Shown here: positions 9,512-18,747 of the stretch, piece by piece
Position numbering within the stretch: position 1 is the stretch's first letter
How the letters are laid out: every line of letters begins with the position of its first letter
Made by a program: the position numbers and the translations under genes
Origin: Candidatus Micrarchaeota archaeon
GTDB taxonomy: Archaea > Micrarchaeota > Micrarchaeia > Norongarragalinales > SBBD01
Reading direction: 5' to 3'
Length of the DNA stretch: 64,000 nucleotides
Assembly (NCBI GenBank): GCA_018819225.1
Contig: JAHJQN010000003.1
Span: forward strand, 204,310 to 268,309
Notes under the pieces: generated by a model
What the model was told of the DNA's origin: nothing
Database searches by the model: none
The model's input: the letters and a program-made list of their open reading frames with translations, nothing else

Positions 9512-10807
9512 ATGGAATTCCAGCCGATTGCGTCTTTACTTCACGAGAGTCAACATGAAAAAAAGGTGCGCGTGCGCGGTTGGGTGCACCGCAAGCGCTC
9601 CTCCGGCGGTGTTGCGTTTATTGTCATCCGCGATGCCAGCGGCATCATTCAAGTAGCCGTCAAGAAAGACCGCGTATCCGATGAATCCATGCGAGCAGCT
9701 GAAGAAGCGCTCATGGAAGCGCATGTTGAAACCGAAGGCATTGTTCAAAAAGACCGCCGGGCACCCGGAGGCTTTGAAATGCGTGCGTTGGATTTCCGTA
9801 TACGGCATTCCGCCAAACCGTTTCCGATTAGTCGAGACAAAAGCACGGAATTCTTGTTGGATATACGGCATTTATGGATCCGCAGCCAGCAACAGACGCA
9901 CGTCATGAAAGTGAAGGCGCAGATGCTGGAAAGCATTCGCCTCCTCTTCAAAAAGAAAGGGTACTTCGAGACCACGCCGCCCATCATCGTCAGCGGCGCG
10001 TGCGAAGGGGGAAGCACCTTGTTTACGTTCGATTATTTCGGGAAAAAAGCCTTTCTTTCGCAGAGCGCGCAGTTGTATTTGGAAGCGCTCATTTACTCGT
10101 TGGAGAAAGTCTATGCCATCACCCCTTCGTTTCGCGCGGAAAAAAGTCGTACGGTGCGCCATCTCGCCGAGTATTGGCACGTGGAAGGCGAGGAGGCGTA
10201 CATGGACTTGGACGGCTTGTTGAAATTCGAGGAAGAACTCGTTACGTTTGTATGCCACGATCTGGCGAAGAAGAGCAGCGAAGAATTGCGTGCATTGGGC
10301 CGCGATCCCGCGGAATTACTGAAAGTAAAAACTCCGTTCAAGCGCTTGCGTTATAATGACGCGGTCGAATTACTGCGTGAGAAAGGCAGTCACATCAAGG
10401 AGGGGCATGATTTGGGTGCCGAAGAAGAACGATTATTGACGGAAAAGGAAGCCCAGCCCATTTTTGTCACGCATTTTCCGAAGAAAATCAAGGCGTTTTA
10501 CATGAGTGAAGACCCGGAGGACTCGAAAACCGTGTTATGCAATGACTGCCTTGCCCCTGAAGGATATGGGGAAATCATTGGGGGATCGCAGCGCGAAGAC
10601 GACGTGAAAAAACTGGAGGCGCGCCTTCGAACGGAAGGCCAAAACCCGAATAACTACGAGTGGTATCTTGATCTGCGACGGTACGGGTCCGTCCCCCATT
10701 CCGGATTCGGTTTGGGCGCCGAACGATTGCTGCGTTGGATTGCGAAATTGGAGCACATTCGAGATACCGTACCGTTCCCGCGCGTCATTAACCGCAGCTA
10801 TCCTTGA
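9512..10807 (+). CDS. asnS: asparagine--tRNA ligase
   Basis: OB-fold RVRGWVHRKR, FRAEKSRTVRHLAEYWHVE, GEIIGGSQRE, YEWYLDLRRYGSVPHSGFGLGAER. Confidence 0.92.
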   Translation: MEFQPIASLLHESQHEKKVRVRGWVHRKRSSGGVAFIVIRDASGIIQVAVKKDRVSDESMRAAEEALMEAHVETEGIVQKDRRAPGGFEMRALDFRIRHSAKPFPISRDKSTEFLLDIRHLWIRSQQQTHVMKVKAQMLESIRLLFKKKGYFETTPPIIVSGACEGGSTLFTFDYFGKKAFLSQSAQLYLEALIYSLEKVYAITPSFRAEKSRTVRHLAEYWHVEGEEAYMDLDGLLKFEEELVTFVCHDLAKKSSEELRALGRDPAELLKVKTPFKRLRYNDAVELLREKGSHIKEGHDLGAEEERLLTEKEAQPIFVTHFPKKIKAFYMSEDPEDSKTVLCNDCLAPEGYGEIIGGSQREDDVKKLEARLRTEGQNPNNYEWYLDLRRYGSVPHSGFGLGAERLLRWIAKLEHIRDTVPFPRVINRSYP

Positions 10808-10813
10808 AGGGAC

Positions 10814-11668
10814 ATGAAACCCAAACTCCGCATCATCAGTCTCACGGTTGCCGCCAACCTGCTCCTCATTCTCGCCAAGCTCTTCGTGGCGCTCATTACC
10901 GGAAGCCTGGCGGTATTCGCCACGCTCATCGACTCCATTTTCGACTTGCTGGCCAGCTTCATCGCCTTTTTTGGGCTCAAGGAATCCGAGAAACCCGCTG
11001 ACGCCGAACATCCCTACGGACACGAAAAATTCGAGCACGTGAGCAGCCTCGCAGTCGTCTCGTTCATTTTCTTGACCGCACTATACATTGCGTACGAAGC
11101 CGTTCAACGTCTTCTATCCCCCACCGCCCTATCCATTACGGGACTCGAGCTCGCGGTACTACTGGGAACCATTGCCCTCGACATTCTTCTCGTCCGGTAC
11201 TTGAACAAACACGTCCCGCGCCATAAGAGTTTGCTGCTGGAAGCCACGCGAGCGCATTATTCTGCTGACGTACTACAAAACGGCGTCGCGGTAGTCGGCG
11301 TACTGTTCTCGAGTATGGGTTACCCGCTGGCGGATCCCATTGCCGCCCTCACCATCACTTATTTCATCGTCAAACCCGCGTTCCGCGTCGGACAGAAGAG
11401 TTTCAGTGAACTCGTGGACACGAGTCCCTCGCCCGAAACACTTGAAAAACTGAGGGAAATCATTCGCTCCACGTCTGGCGTCAGGGGATACACGAAACTG
11501 CGTGCACGGCAAGTCGCCGGAAAAATTTATTTGGATTTCGAAATGCAGGTGGACGGAGCCAAGAGTGTTTCCAAAGCGCATGCCCTGGCGCATCACTTGC
11601 AAGAACGTCTAAAGAAACGCGTTCCCGCGGTGAAAGATGTGGTCATTCACATTGAACCCAAGCGCTAA
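10814..11668 (+). CDS. cation diffusion facilitator (FieF-like) transporter
   Basis: GSLAVFATLIDSIFD, KPADAEHPYGHEKFE, HYSAD, C-terminal DVVIHIEP. Confidence 0.9.
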   Translation: MKPKLRIISLTVAANLLLILAKLFVALITGSLAVFATLIDSIFDLLASFIAFFGLKESEKPADAEHPYGHEKFEHVSSLAVVSFIFLTALYIAYEAVQRLLSPTALSITGLELAVLLGTIALDILLVRYLNKHVPRHKSLLLEATRAHYSADVLQNGVAVVGVLFSSMGYPLADPIAALTITYFIVKPAFRVGQKSFSELVDTSPSPETLEKLREIIRSTSGVRGYTKLRARQVAGKIYLDFEMQVDGAKSVSKAHALAHHLQERLKKRVPAVKDVVIHIEPKR

Positions 11669-12849
11669 ATCCGTTTCTCGGCCTCGTCCAAATCGCCTTC
11701 CGCCAGCAAATCGAACACGGCTTCCGCGTCCTCCATCTCCACGCCGTTCTCCTTCAAACGCAGACGCAACCACTCCATTCCCAATTCCCTGGCCCCCTTT
11801 TTTTCCTCCCGCAGTTTCCGCAGCAAACCAATTTTCTCCTTCAATTCCTTGGATTCGAAGCGTTTCTCTATATACAATTGCAACTGCGAACCGTACTTCG
11901 CTTCCAAAGGCTCGACGTCAACGGCCGAGGAAACGAATCCTTTATCTAAAGACCCTTTCAGGATGCACCGAACGGACGGTTTTCTCCCGGAATGCGTTTC
12001 GGCCAGGGGCTTCAAACGCGTATCCAATGCGTCAATCACCGCATGAGGCGACGCGTTCTCGAACGAAATCTCTATAAAATGGAACGGCCGGCTATTGATT
12101 TCATGAAACCGCGCTTCCCGCGTCCGCGTATCAAACACGTAAAACCCTTTCGGTTGTTCCTCGCGCTTGCGCATCTGCGTAATGACCGTGCTACCCGGAA
12201 CGATTAACCGTCTCCCGTTTTTCTCTTGATCGACATTCCAATGAATATGGCCATTCAGATACAAGTCAAAACCTCCGGGAAGCTCTTGAAGAGAAATAAA
12301 ATCCTCTTTCTCGAACGGAAGCAGCTCCCGCAAACTCTGATGGAAGACCAGCAGATTAAACGCGTTTTTTTCCGGGGTGAATGAAGCGGCTTGCAAGGTC
12401 TTGCGCACGTACTCCTCGGGAACGCCTTGCATGCCCTGCACGCATACTCGCTCCCCGTCCTTCTCCAAAAGAATCTGACGCGCGTGCACGTTGATCAATA
12501 AGCCTGCTTCCGCAAGAATTTGAATGATGTTCGTCATGCCCTTGCTTCTGCGTTCGTGCGTCCCGGGAATCGCAAGCAACGGCACTCCTTTCCAAACCAC
12601 TTTTTTTTCCGCGTCCGCCACTTTTTCCGTGATCGAAACCGTTGAAGAGCCCGTTTGCTGAATTTCGCGAAACACGCGCACGCCCTCGTGAATGACTTCC
12701 TGCTTCGGCACGCGGGAATCAAACAAATCACCGGGAAGAATGATGGCATCCACGTCGCGATCCAACGCCGCCCGTAGCGCTTCGCGGGCTTGGGGAGCGC
12801 TATCTTCGCTAAAACCGAAATGCGTATCGGAAACAAAAGCCAGCTTCAT
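11665..12849 (-). CDS. mre11: Mre11/SbcD-family DNA repair nuclease
   Basis: Metallophosphoesterase motifs SDTHFG, GDLFD, PGTHE, FHQ, GHIH, PGS. Confidence 0.85.
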   Translation of the reverse strand: MKLAFVSDTHFGFSEDSAPQAREALRAALDRDVDAIILPGDLFDSRVPKQEVIHEGVRVFREIQQTGSSTVSITEKVADAEKKVVWKGVPLLAIPGTHERRSKGMTNIIQILAEAGLLINVHARQILLEKDGERVCVQGMQGVPEEYVRKTLQAASFTPEKNAFNLLVFHQSLRELLPFEKEDFISLQELPGGFDLYLNGHIHWNVDQEKNGRRLIVPGSTVITQMRKREEQPKGFYVFDTRTREARFHEINSRPFHFIEISFENASPHAVIDALDTRLKPLAETHSGRKPSVRCILKGSLDKGFVSSAVDVEPLEAKYGSQLQLYIEKRFESKELKEKIGLLRKLREEKKGARELGMEWLRLRLKENGVEMEDAEAVFDLLAEGDLDEAEKRI

Positions 12850-12853
12850 ACCA

Positions 12854-12985
12854 TCAACGAATCGGTACGGGAATCACTCCCGTCACCATAAGCAGAACCA
12901 CGAGCACGGTCAACGCGTAATAATTTTCTTCCTGCAACATCAGCCCGCCAAGCCCCACAATGACTAAAAACATGAACGCGTCCAC
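12854..12985 (-). CDS. small hydrophobic membrane protein (~43 aa)
   Basis: GTG start after a GGGGG SD-like run, two short hydrophobic segments, ends 4 bp before mre11. Start uncertain. Confidence 0.45.
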   Translation of the reverse strand: MDAFMFLVIVGLGGLMLQEENYYALTVLVVLLMVTGVIPVPIR

Positions 12986-13111
12986 TTTCTTTCCCCCACT
13001 AGTTTCTCGAGAAGGCAAACGTAATAAACATTCTGTCGCCCGCGTTCCCGCCACACCCATTAAAACGAAACCGCATGCACGGCCCACACGCTTTTAAATA
13101 GGCTTCGAGTT

Positions 13112-13555
13112 ATGGATGCGAGTCGTATGGTCGAATGGTACGTGTATGCTCTCGTCACTATGCTCTTCTTTTCCTTTGGCAACATTGCGCTGAAGGAGCT
13201 CTTGAAGAATGACGTGGGTCAAATCATTGAAAAGAACCAACCTATTTTTCTTACAGCGGTCGGGGTGCTGGTGGCCATTCTCGTCATCCTGTATTTCACG
13301 CACCTGCGCTTCTTGGTCATGCCATCGGACTTCGGCAAATTGACTCTCTTGTTTTTGCTGCTCGCGGGAATCGGTTTTATTTCGCTGATCATGGCCGTGC
13401 AAAGCGGCAAGATCGCGTTGGTTACCGCGATCGTCAGCAGCTCGAGCGTCATGGTCGCCATCCTGTCGGTTCTCTTGCTCAATGACACGCTCTCCATAAA
13501 GGAATGGGGCGGCATCGTACTCGTCACGTCGGGCGTTATGCTCATTATTCGTTAA
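13112..13555 (+). CDS. EamA/DMT family transporter (single domain)
   Basis: Five TM segments, GKIALVTAI, LLNDTLSIKEWGGIVLV. Confidence 0.8.
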   Translation: MDASRMVEWYVYALVTMLFFSFGNIALKELLKNDVGQIIEKNQPIFLTAVGVLVAILVILYFTHLRFLVMPSDFGKLTLLFLLLAGIGFISLIMAVQSGKIALVTAIVSSSSVMVAILSVLLLNDTLSIKEWGGIVLVTSGVMLIIR

Positions 13556-13577
13556 TGATTGAAGAGGGGACTCGGGA

Positions 13578-14642
13578 ATGATATCGGATTCGCTGGCACC
13601 GTATTTGGATTGGACCGCGTTTGGAAACACGGGCGTCCAGTACATGGACTCGCTGATTTACTTCGTCACCGTAGTCATCGTACTCTGGATCTTCAAGAAA
13701 ATCGTTTTATCCGCGTTGCATACCTTATCGCGTAAAACCCGGCACACGTACGACGATTACATTATTGATTTCATCCATGAGATCAAGGCCCCCGTGTACT
13801 TACTCACTGCACTATATGTTAGTACCCAGCCGCTGACGCTGGAACCCATTCTCTCGAAAGGCATCGAATATGCTCTCGCCATCGGAATCATGTATTACGT
13901 GGTCAAGGGCGTGAACCGCGTCATCTCGGCCTTGGTGGACGCGTACACGGAAAAACGGCGCAAGAAAGGGGAACACGACGAAGCCATGATGAACGTGTTG
14001 AAAACCTTCGCGCACGCCATCATATGGGTCGTAGCCGCTTTACTCATCCTCGATAATCTGGGTCTGGATATCGGCGCACTACTTGCCGGAGTCGGAATCG
14101 GGGGCCTGGCAATCGCTCTGGCCGCTCAAGCCGTGCTCTCCGACATCCTCGCATCGTTCAGCATCTACTTCGACAAGCCCTTCAAAGTCGGCGATTTCAT
14201 CATCATCGGAAGTGACATGGGCGTCGTGAAATACATTGGCATCAAAACCACGCGCATCCAAACCCTTCAAGGACAAGAGCTTGTCGTCTCCAACCAAGAA
14301 CTCACGAGCACGCGCGTCAACAATTACAAGCGGATGCAAAAGCGTCGCATCCAATTCTCGTTCGGCATCGTGTACGGAACCCCGATAGCGAAAATGAAGA
14401 AGATCCCCGGCATGGTCAAGAAAATCGTCGACGCGAACCCCCTCTGCAAAACGGATCGCGTCCACTTCAAGAAATTCGGCGATTTCTCGCTGGATTACGA
14501 GGTCGTCTATTATTTGGACAGCGCGGACTACAACGTGTATATGGACGCTCAACAAACCATCAACTTGAACATCGCGGACGCATTCGAGAAAAACAAAATC
14601 GATTTCGCGTTCCCGACACAAACCGTCCATATCCAAAAGTAA
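13578..14642 (+). CDS. mscS: small-conductance mechanosensitive channel
   Basis: LLAGVGIGGLAIALAAQ, DKPFKVGDFI, IGIKTTRI, FAFPTQTV. Confidence 0.92.
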   Translation: MISDSLAPYLDWTAFGNTGVQYMDSLIYFVTVVIVLWIFKKIVLSALHTLSRKTRHTYDDYIIDFIHEIKAPVYLLTALYVSTQPLTLEPILSKGIEYALAIGIMYYVVKGVNRVISALVDAYTEKRRKKGEHDEAMMNVLKTFAHAIIWVVAALLILDNLGLDIGALLAGVGIGGLAIALAAQAVLSDILASFSIYFDKPFKVGDFIIIGSDMGVVKYIGIKTTRIQTLQGQELVVSNQELTSTRVNNYKRMQKRRIQFSFGIVYGTPIAKMKKIPGMVKKIVDANPLCKTDRVHFKKFGDFSLDYEVVYYLDSADYNVYMDAQQTINLNIADAFEKNKIDFAFPTQTVHIQK

Positions 14643-14657
14643 CGCGTGAATTGAATC

Positions 14658-15299
14658 ATGGTCTGGAAGGAATTCAATCAGTGGGCCTTTCCCCACGCGC
14701 GCATGCTCACGTACGCGGAAGCGTTGGTACTCCTGATTCTTGCGTTCGTGTCAGCCGACCAACGAGGATTCGACGCCGTCGAACTCGCGTCCAACTTAGG
14801 CTTTCTAGCGTTCGCCTACATCAGTTTTGCCCTCCTCGTTACGCCGCTTCGAAAAGTTCGCCCGACGTTTTCCTTGAACCCGACATTCGCTAAAGCCCGC
14901 CGAGCCGCCGGAGTCAGCGCATTCGTAATCGCGGCCCTCCACTACCTCATCTTATTCGGATTCTTCTTCAACGGAAACCTCGACGCGATTTTTGGGTTTA
15001 ACGCGAACAACGGGAACGCGTTGGTTCCCGCTTACGGAGCCCTCCTCATCCTGTTCCTGCTCGCGCTGACCTCAACGGATTACGCGGTGCGCAAGCTCGG
15101 AAAGAAATGGTTCCGTTTGCACAAGCTCGCTTACCTCGCTTATCCCTTCATCGCGTTTCACGCTTGGCGGGTCGGCAATCACTTCAAAGAGCTTACGCTC
15201 TTTAGCGGGCTCTTCTTCTTCGTATTCGCGCTCACGCTACTATTTGAATTGCTGCGCCTTTGGAAAGAGCGTTTTCAACCCGCGAACTCTCCGATGTAG
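14658..15299 (+). CDS. ferric reductase-like transmembrane protein (MsrQ/YedZ-like heme-b membrane subunit)
   Basis: LLVTPL, RRAAGV....LHY, LALTSTD..VRKLGKKWFRLHKLAY......FH with conserved His. Confidence 0.85.
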   Translation: MVWKEFNQWAFPHARMLTYAEALVLLILAFVSADQRGFDAVELASNLGFLAFAYISFALLVTPLRKVRPTFSLNPTFAKARRAAGVSAFVIAALHYLILFGFFFNGNLDAIFGFNANNGNALVPAYGALLILFLLALTSTDYAVRKLGKKWFRLHKLAYLAYPFIAFHAWRVGNHFKELTLFSGLFFFVFALTLLFELLRLWKERFQPANSPM

Positions 15300-15760
15300 A
15301 AATTCGGAAGGAACGAGCGGGCTTTCTCGGAATGCGAGGTCCCTGAACCCATGGGACGCGTATTGAACAACTCCGTTGAATCAATGCCGCATCCTTGCAG
15401 GATGGCATCACCACCTCCGTGATTTCCACCGGCAATGAAGGGGTTGACATCATACACTTTTCCATCAATCAATAACCAGCAATCTTCCGCGGAACCGTGC
15501 TGCGCGATTTCACCCATCGTAAACGTTAATACGTCCTCCGATGGCACCGGCACTTCCGTTGGTCCGGGAACGTCCGTAGGCTCGATGACACCCGTCGGCA
15601 TTGGCGGTTCTTCCAAGGTCGGAGACGGCGATTCTTCAATATTTCCAGTAGGCACAGGTGATGCCGTCGGCGCAGGGGCCGGCGCTTGCGTGCAGCCCGC
15701 TAATACGAGCGAGGCCAGCGCCACGAAAGAAAACAATCCGTTCTTCAGAATAAAAGACAT
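15275..15760 (-). CDS. lipoprotein with cytochrome b5-like heme-binding domain
   Basis: LAGC lipobox and Pro/Thr linker. FTMGEIAQH...DCWLLIDGKVYDV..F....HGGG...G.DSTELF...HSEKA...L..FYIG retains both axial His. Confidence 0.88.
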   Translation of the reverse strand: MSFILKNGLFSFVALASLVLAGCTQAPAPAPTASPVPTGNIEESPSPTLEEPPMPTGVIEPTDVPGPTEVPVPSEDVLTFTMGEIAQHGSAEDCWLLIDGKVYDVNPFIAGGNHGGGDAILQGCGIDSTELFNTRPMGSGTSHSEKARSFLPNFYIGEFAG

Positions 15761-15838
15761 GCCAAATCACCTAATAGTAAATAGAGCGAGATTTCGATCG
15801 GTTTGAGGATTATTAACGGTTTGGTTTAATCGCTCGAA

Positions 15839-16354
15839 TCATTTCGAAAATTTCCGGTCCAGTTTTTCGAGTTTGGGCGCGATGACCAAGCGACAATACG
15901 GTGCATCGGGATTCCGATCGTAATACCGCTCATGCTTTTGCTCCGCAGGATAAAAACGATCCAAACGCCTGATTTCCGTCACAACGGCGTGCGCATGCTC
16001 AACCGCTTTTTTCCGCACGAAGAATTGCACGCGATCCATCTGGGCATCCGATGTGCACAAAATAATGGAACGGTATTGCGTGCCCACATCGTTTCCCTGG
16101 CGGTTTAACGTCGTGGGATCGTGAACGGAAAAAAAGATCGTCAACAGTTGTTCCAACGAAACCGTCGAAGAATCGAATTCGAGTTGAACGACTTCCGCGT
16201 GACCCGTTTCCCCCGAGCACACCGTTTCATAGGTCGGGTGAATCGCATGACCGCCCGCATAACCCGGTAGGACGCTCTTGACGCCGTTCACGCGCGCGAA
16301 CACCGCCTCCGTGCACCAGAAACAGCCTCCACCCAACACAAGGGTATCCATCAT
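15839..16354 (-). CDS. msrA: peptide-methionine (S)-S-oxide reductase
   Basis: GGGCFWCTE, GYAGG, TGHAE, HDPTTLNRQGNDVGTQYRS, FYPAE..H..YY. Confidence 0.95.
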   Translation of the reverse strand: MMDTLVLGGGCFWCTEAVFARVNGVKSVLPGYAGGHAIHPTYETVCSGETGHAEVVQLEFDSSTVSLEQLLTIFFSVHDPTTLNRQGNDVGTQYRSIILCTSDAQMDRVQFFVRKKAVEHAHAVVTEIRRLDRFYPAEQKHERYYDRNPDAPYCRLVIAPKLEKLDRKFSK

Positions 16355-16508
16355 ACCAGAACGGGATTACCGCCATTAAACGCTTTGGTTGAATATCCGA
16401 CCAAAGAAACACGAATATTATCAGCCCGTCCGTCACTCCTCACAGCCGAAGCTCGGTAACAAAGGACTCATCATCTAATGAATAGATGCACGCCCAACAT
16501 TAAAAGAG

Positions 16509-16850
16509 TTACCCGAACCCGGCTTTCAACCAAACGAGCAACGCGTACGCATCCAATTCCGCGGAAGCCAGTACCGCAATAAACAGGAAGGCGAGAAGAG
16601 CGGCCAACACGGTTTTCTGAAAAACACCCACCTTCAAATCCCGCACGTAGGCCCGGTCACCCACCCGCTGTCGATGAACGAAGTATAACCCGAGAACCAC
16701 GGTGGAACATACGACGTACCATTCCAGCCCAGTACGCGCACTCCCCTCGAATAACGACGGGACCCCGAAAAACAAGGTCACCGCAAACAGGGACAGCGCG
16801 TAATACGGGCGCCGAACAAAATCCTGAAACGGTTCGCTGAAACTGGCCAT
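16509..16850 (-). CDS. small membrane protein (~113 aa, 3 TM)
   Basis: 3' part of ORF 16509..17087. ATG at 16850 avoids overlap with the divergent gene. Confidence 0.55.
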   Translation of the reverse strand: MASFSEPFQDFVRRPYYALSLFAVTLFFGVPSLFEGSARTGLEWYVVCSTVVLGLYFVHRQRVGDRAYVRDLKVGVFQKTVLAALLAFLFIAVLASAELDAYALLVWLKAGFG

Positions 16851-16916
16851 TGAACCCCAGAAGGACGTAAATGAATAAAAGCGTTCGGAATCAACATACG
16901 GGCATAGGGCTGTTTC

Positions 16917-18002
16917 ATGATCGTCAAAAGGAAAATGGCGGAAGTCGGTTACCGCGTGTGGTCCGCTGCAGGCATAGAAAACGGTTTGAAGCACGCCGAT
17001 AAGCTGCAACGACGAGGCGGAGGAGCGATCCTCAATATCCTCGGCGAACACCATCACTCTGAAAAGGCGGTCGAGCGGGATATTCAATCCTATTACGATT
17101 TAATCGATCGCATTGCGGAACATCGTGTCAAAACGGGCAGACAATGGGCTCGGTCCAATGCGCGCATTTCCATCAAACCCACGCAATTCGGATTTCACTC
17201 AATAGCTCCAGAAGGAGGTCGCAGTAAGTTCACCATGGAAAACCTGTGGGCCATCATTAATTACGCCACCAAAAACGGAATCAAAGTCGAAATGGATATT
17301 GAAGATTCCTCTTCCCATAATTTCACGATTCGGGCCTATCGAGAATTTGCACGACGGTTAAATGTGGGAGGAAGAAATGGGATGTTGGCACTCGCCTTAC
17401 AAGCCAACTATCCAAGAAACCACGCCTTAGGCTTGATGCGCCGTGTTCTCTCATTAGCTGAAAATCAGAAAATTCCGGTGGGCCTCCGGTTATGTAAAGG
17501 GATATATCAACCCCCGAACGACCCGAACGCTCTCTCGGAGCAAACGCATTTGGCATCCATCCTGCAAAATTACCGCAGCATGGTGGTCTTATCTCACAAC
17601 TTTCAAGTTCAACATCCGGGATTGCTGAAAATCGCCATGGCTTCGCATCGGGACGATATGCATGACCTAGCGGATACGCTCGTCAAAGATCACGAAACCC
17701 AGATGCTGAAAGGGATTCGTGGGCCCTTCAAACGCATGCTCGCCCGAGAAGGAAAAGGCATTTGGGAGTATACGCCCATTGCCATTTCCTCCACGGAAAA
17801 AACGAAAAAACCCCGAAACATATTCAAGCGCGTGGGACGGTCGTGGCGCATTGAACGCGAACGACAACAATCCGCAGGCGCTTATGCCGAACGCCGCTTC
17901 GGAAAAGCCATGAAATTGCTCTGGCGAACAGGAACGGACTATGTGACGCCCAAGTATTTTCCGCCTATCCGGATAGGAAAAAAGCGTTCGCGCGAAGAGT
18001 AA
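16917..18002 (+). CDS. proline dehydrogenase family flavoprotein (divergent)
   Basis: LNILGE, ISIKPTQFG, MDIEDS, LQAN, LRLCKGIY, ASH, QMLKGIR, YTP, Y..RR. Confidence 0.8.
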   Translation: MIVKRKMAEVGYRVWSAAGIENGLKHADKLQRRGGGAILNILGEHHHSEKAVERDIQSYYDLIDRIAEHRVKTGRQWARSNARISIKPTQFGFHSIAPEGGRSKFTMENLWAIINYATKNGIKVEMDIEDSSSHNFTIRAYREFARRLNVGGRNGMLALALQANYPRNHALGLMRRVLSLAENQKIPVGLRLCKGIYQPPNDPNALSEQTHLASILQNYRSMVVLSHNFQVQHPGLLKIAMASHRDDMHDLADTLVKDHETQMLKGIRGPFKRMLAREGKGIWEYTPIAISSTEKTKKPRNIFKRVGRSWRIERERQQSAGAYAERRFGKAMKLLWRTGTDYVTPKYFPPIRIGKKRSREE

Positions 18003-18036
18003 AAAGGAGGAGACTACCTTAAACGAGACGATACGA

Positions 18037-18684
18037 ATGAATGCGAAACAAAAAGCGCGAGCCATTATCCAACGCCTGCGCTCACGATATCCCGAAGCCA
18101 TGACGGGACTCGATTACGGAACTCCGATTCAACTACTGATTTCAACGATCTTGAGCGCGCAATGCACGGATGCACGCGTGAATCACGTCACGCCAAAATT
18201 GTTCAAAAAATTCAAGAACGCTTCCGACTTTGCTCGAGCGAATCGCATCGAACTGGAACAGCGGATTCGAAGCACGGGCTATTACCACGCGAAAGCCCGA
18301 CACATTCAACGGGCGAGCCGGATGATCATTGAACGGTTTAACGGAAAGGTTCCGAAAACCATGGAAGAGCTGGTGCAGCTTCCCGGCGTCGGAAGAAAAA
18401 CCGCGAACATCGTACTCGGAAATGCGTTCGGGATCTTAGACGGTATCCCCGTGGATACGCATGTCCAACGCGTGTCGAAACGACTGGGATTAACGCATCA
18501 CAAGGATCCAGCAAAGATTGAGCGCGATTTGATGAAACTCGTTCGAAAAAGCGAACGCCTGCTTATTTCCGACCTCTTGATTTTTCACGGACGCGCCATC
18601 TGCAACGCCAGAAAACCGCACTGCAGTCAGTGTACGATAAGAACCTGGTGCTCTTCAGCCGGAACCGTTCCGGGAAATTGGTGA
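18037..18684 (+). CDS. nth: endonuclease III
   Basis: ILSAQCTD, HhH LPGVGRKTAN, VDTHV, C-x6-C-x2-C-x5-C Fe-S motif. Confidence 0.95.
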   Translation: MNAKQKARAIIQRLRSRYPEAMTGLDYGTPIQLLISTILSAQCTDARVNHVTPKLFKKFKNASDFARANRIELEQRIRSTGYYHAKARHIQRASRMIIERFNGKVPKTMEELVQLPGVGRKTANIVLGNAFGILDGIPVDTHVQRVSKRLGLTHHKDPAKIERDLMKLVRKSERLLISDLLIFHGRAICNARKPHCSQCTIRTWCSSAGTVPGNW

Positions 18685-18747
18685 GCGAGCAAGCATTTTA
18701 TTAAAAAGAGAGCCATGCCATAATTAGATCAGAGAGGTTGAAACCGA

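Noticed and set aside
9512-10807. Aspartyl-tRNA synthetase assignment
   Set aside because: RHLAEYWHVE, GEIIGGSQRE and YLDLRRYG are AsnRS-type signatures.
16851-17087. N-terminal extension of ORF 16509..17087
   Set aside because: It overlaps the divergent ProDH-like gene and the shared promoter region.
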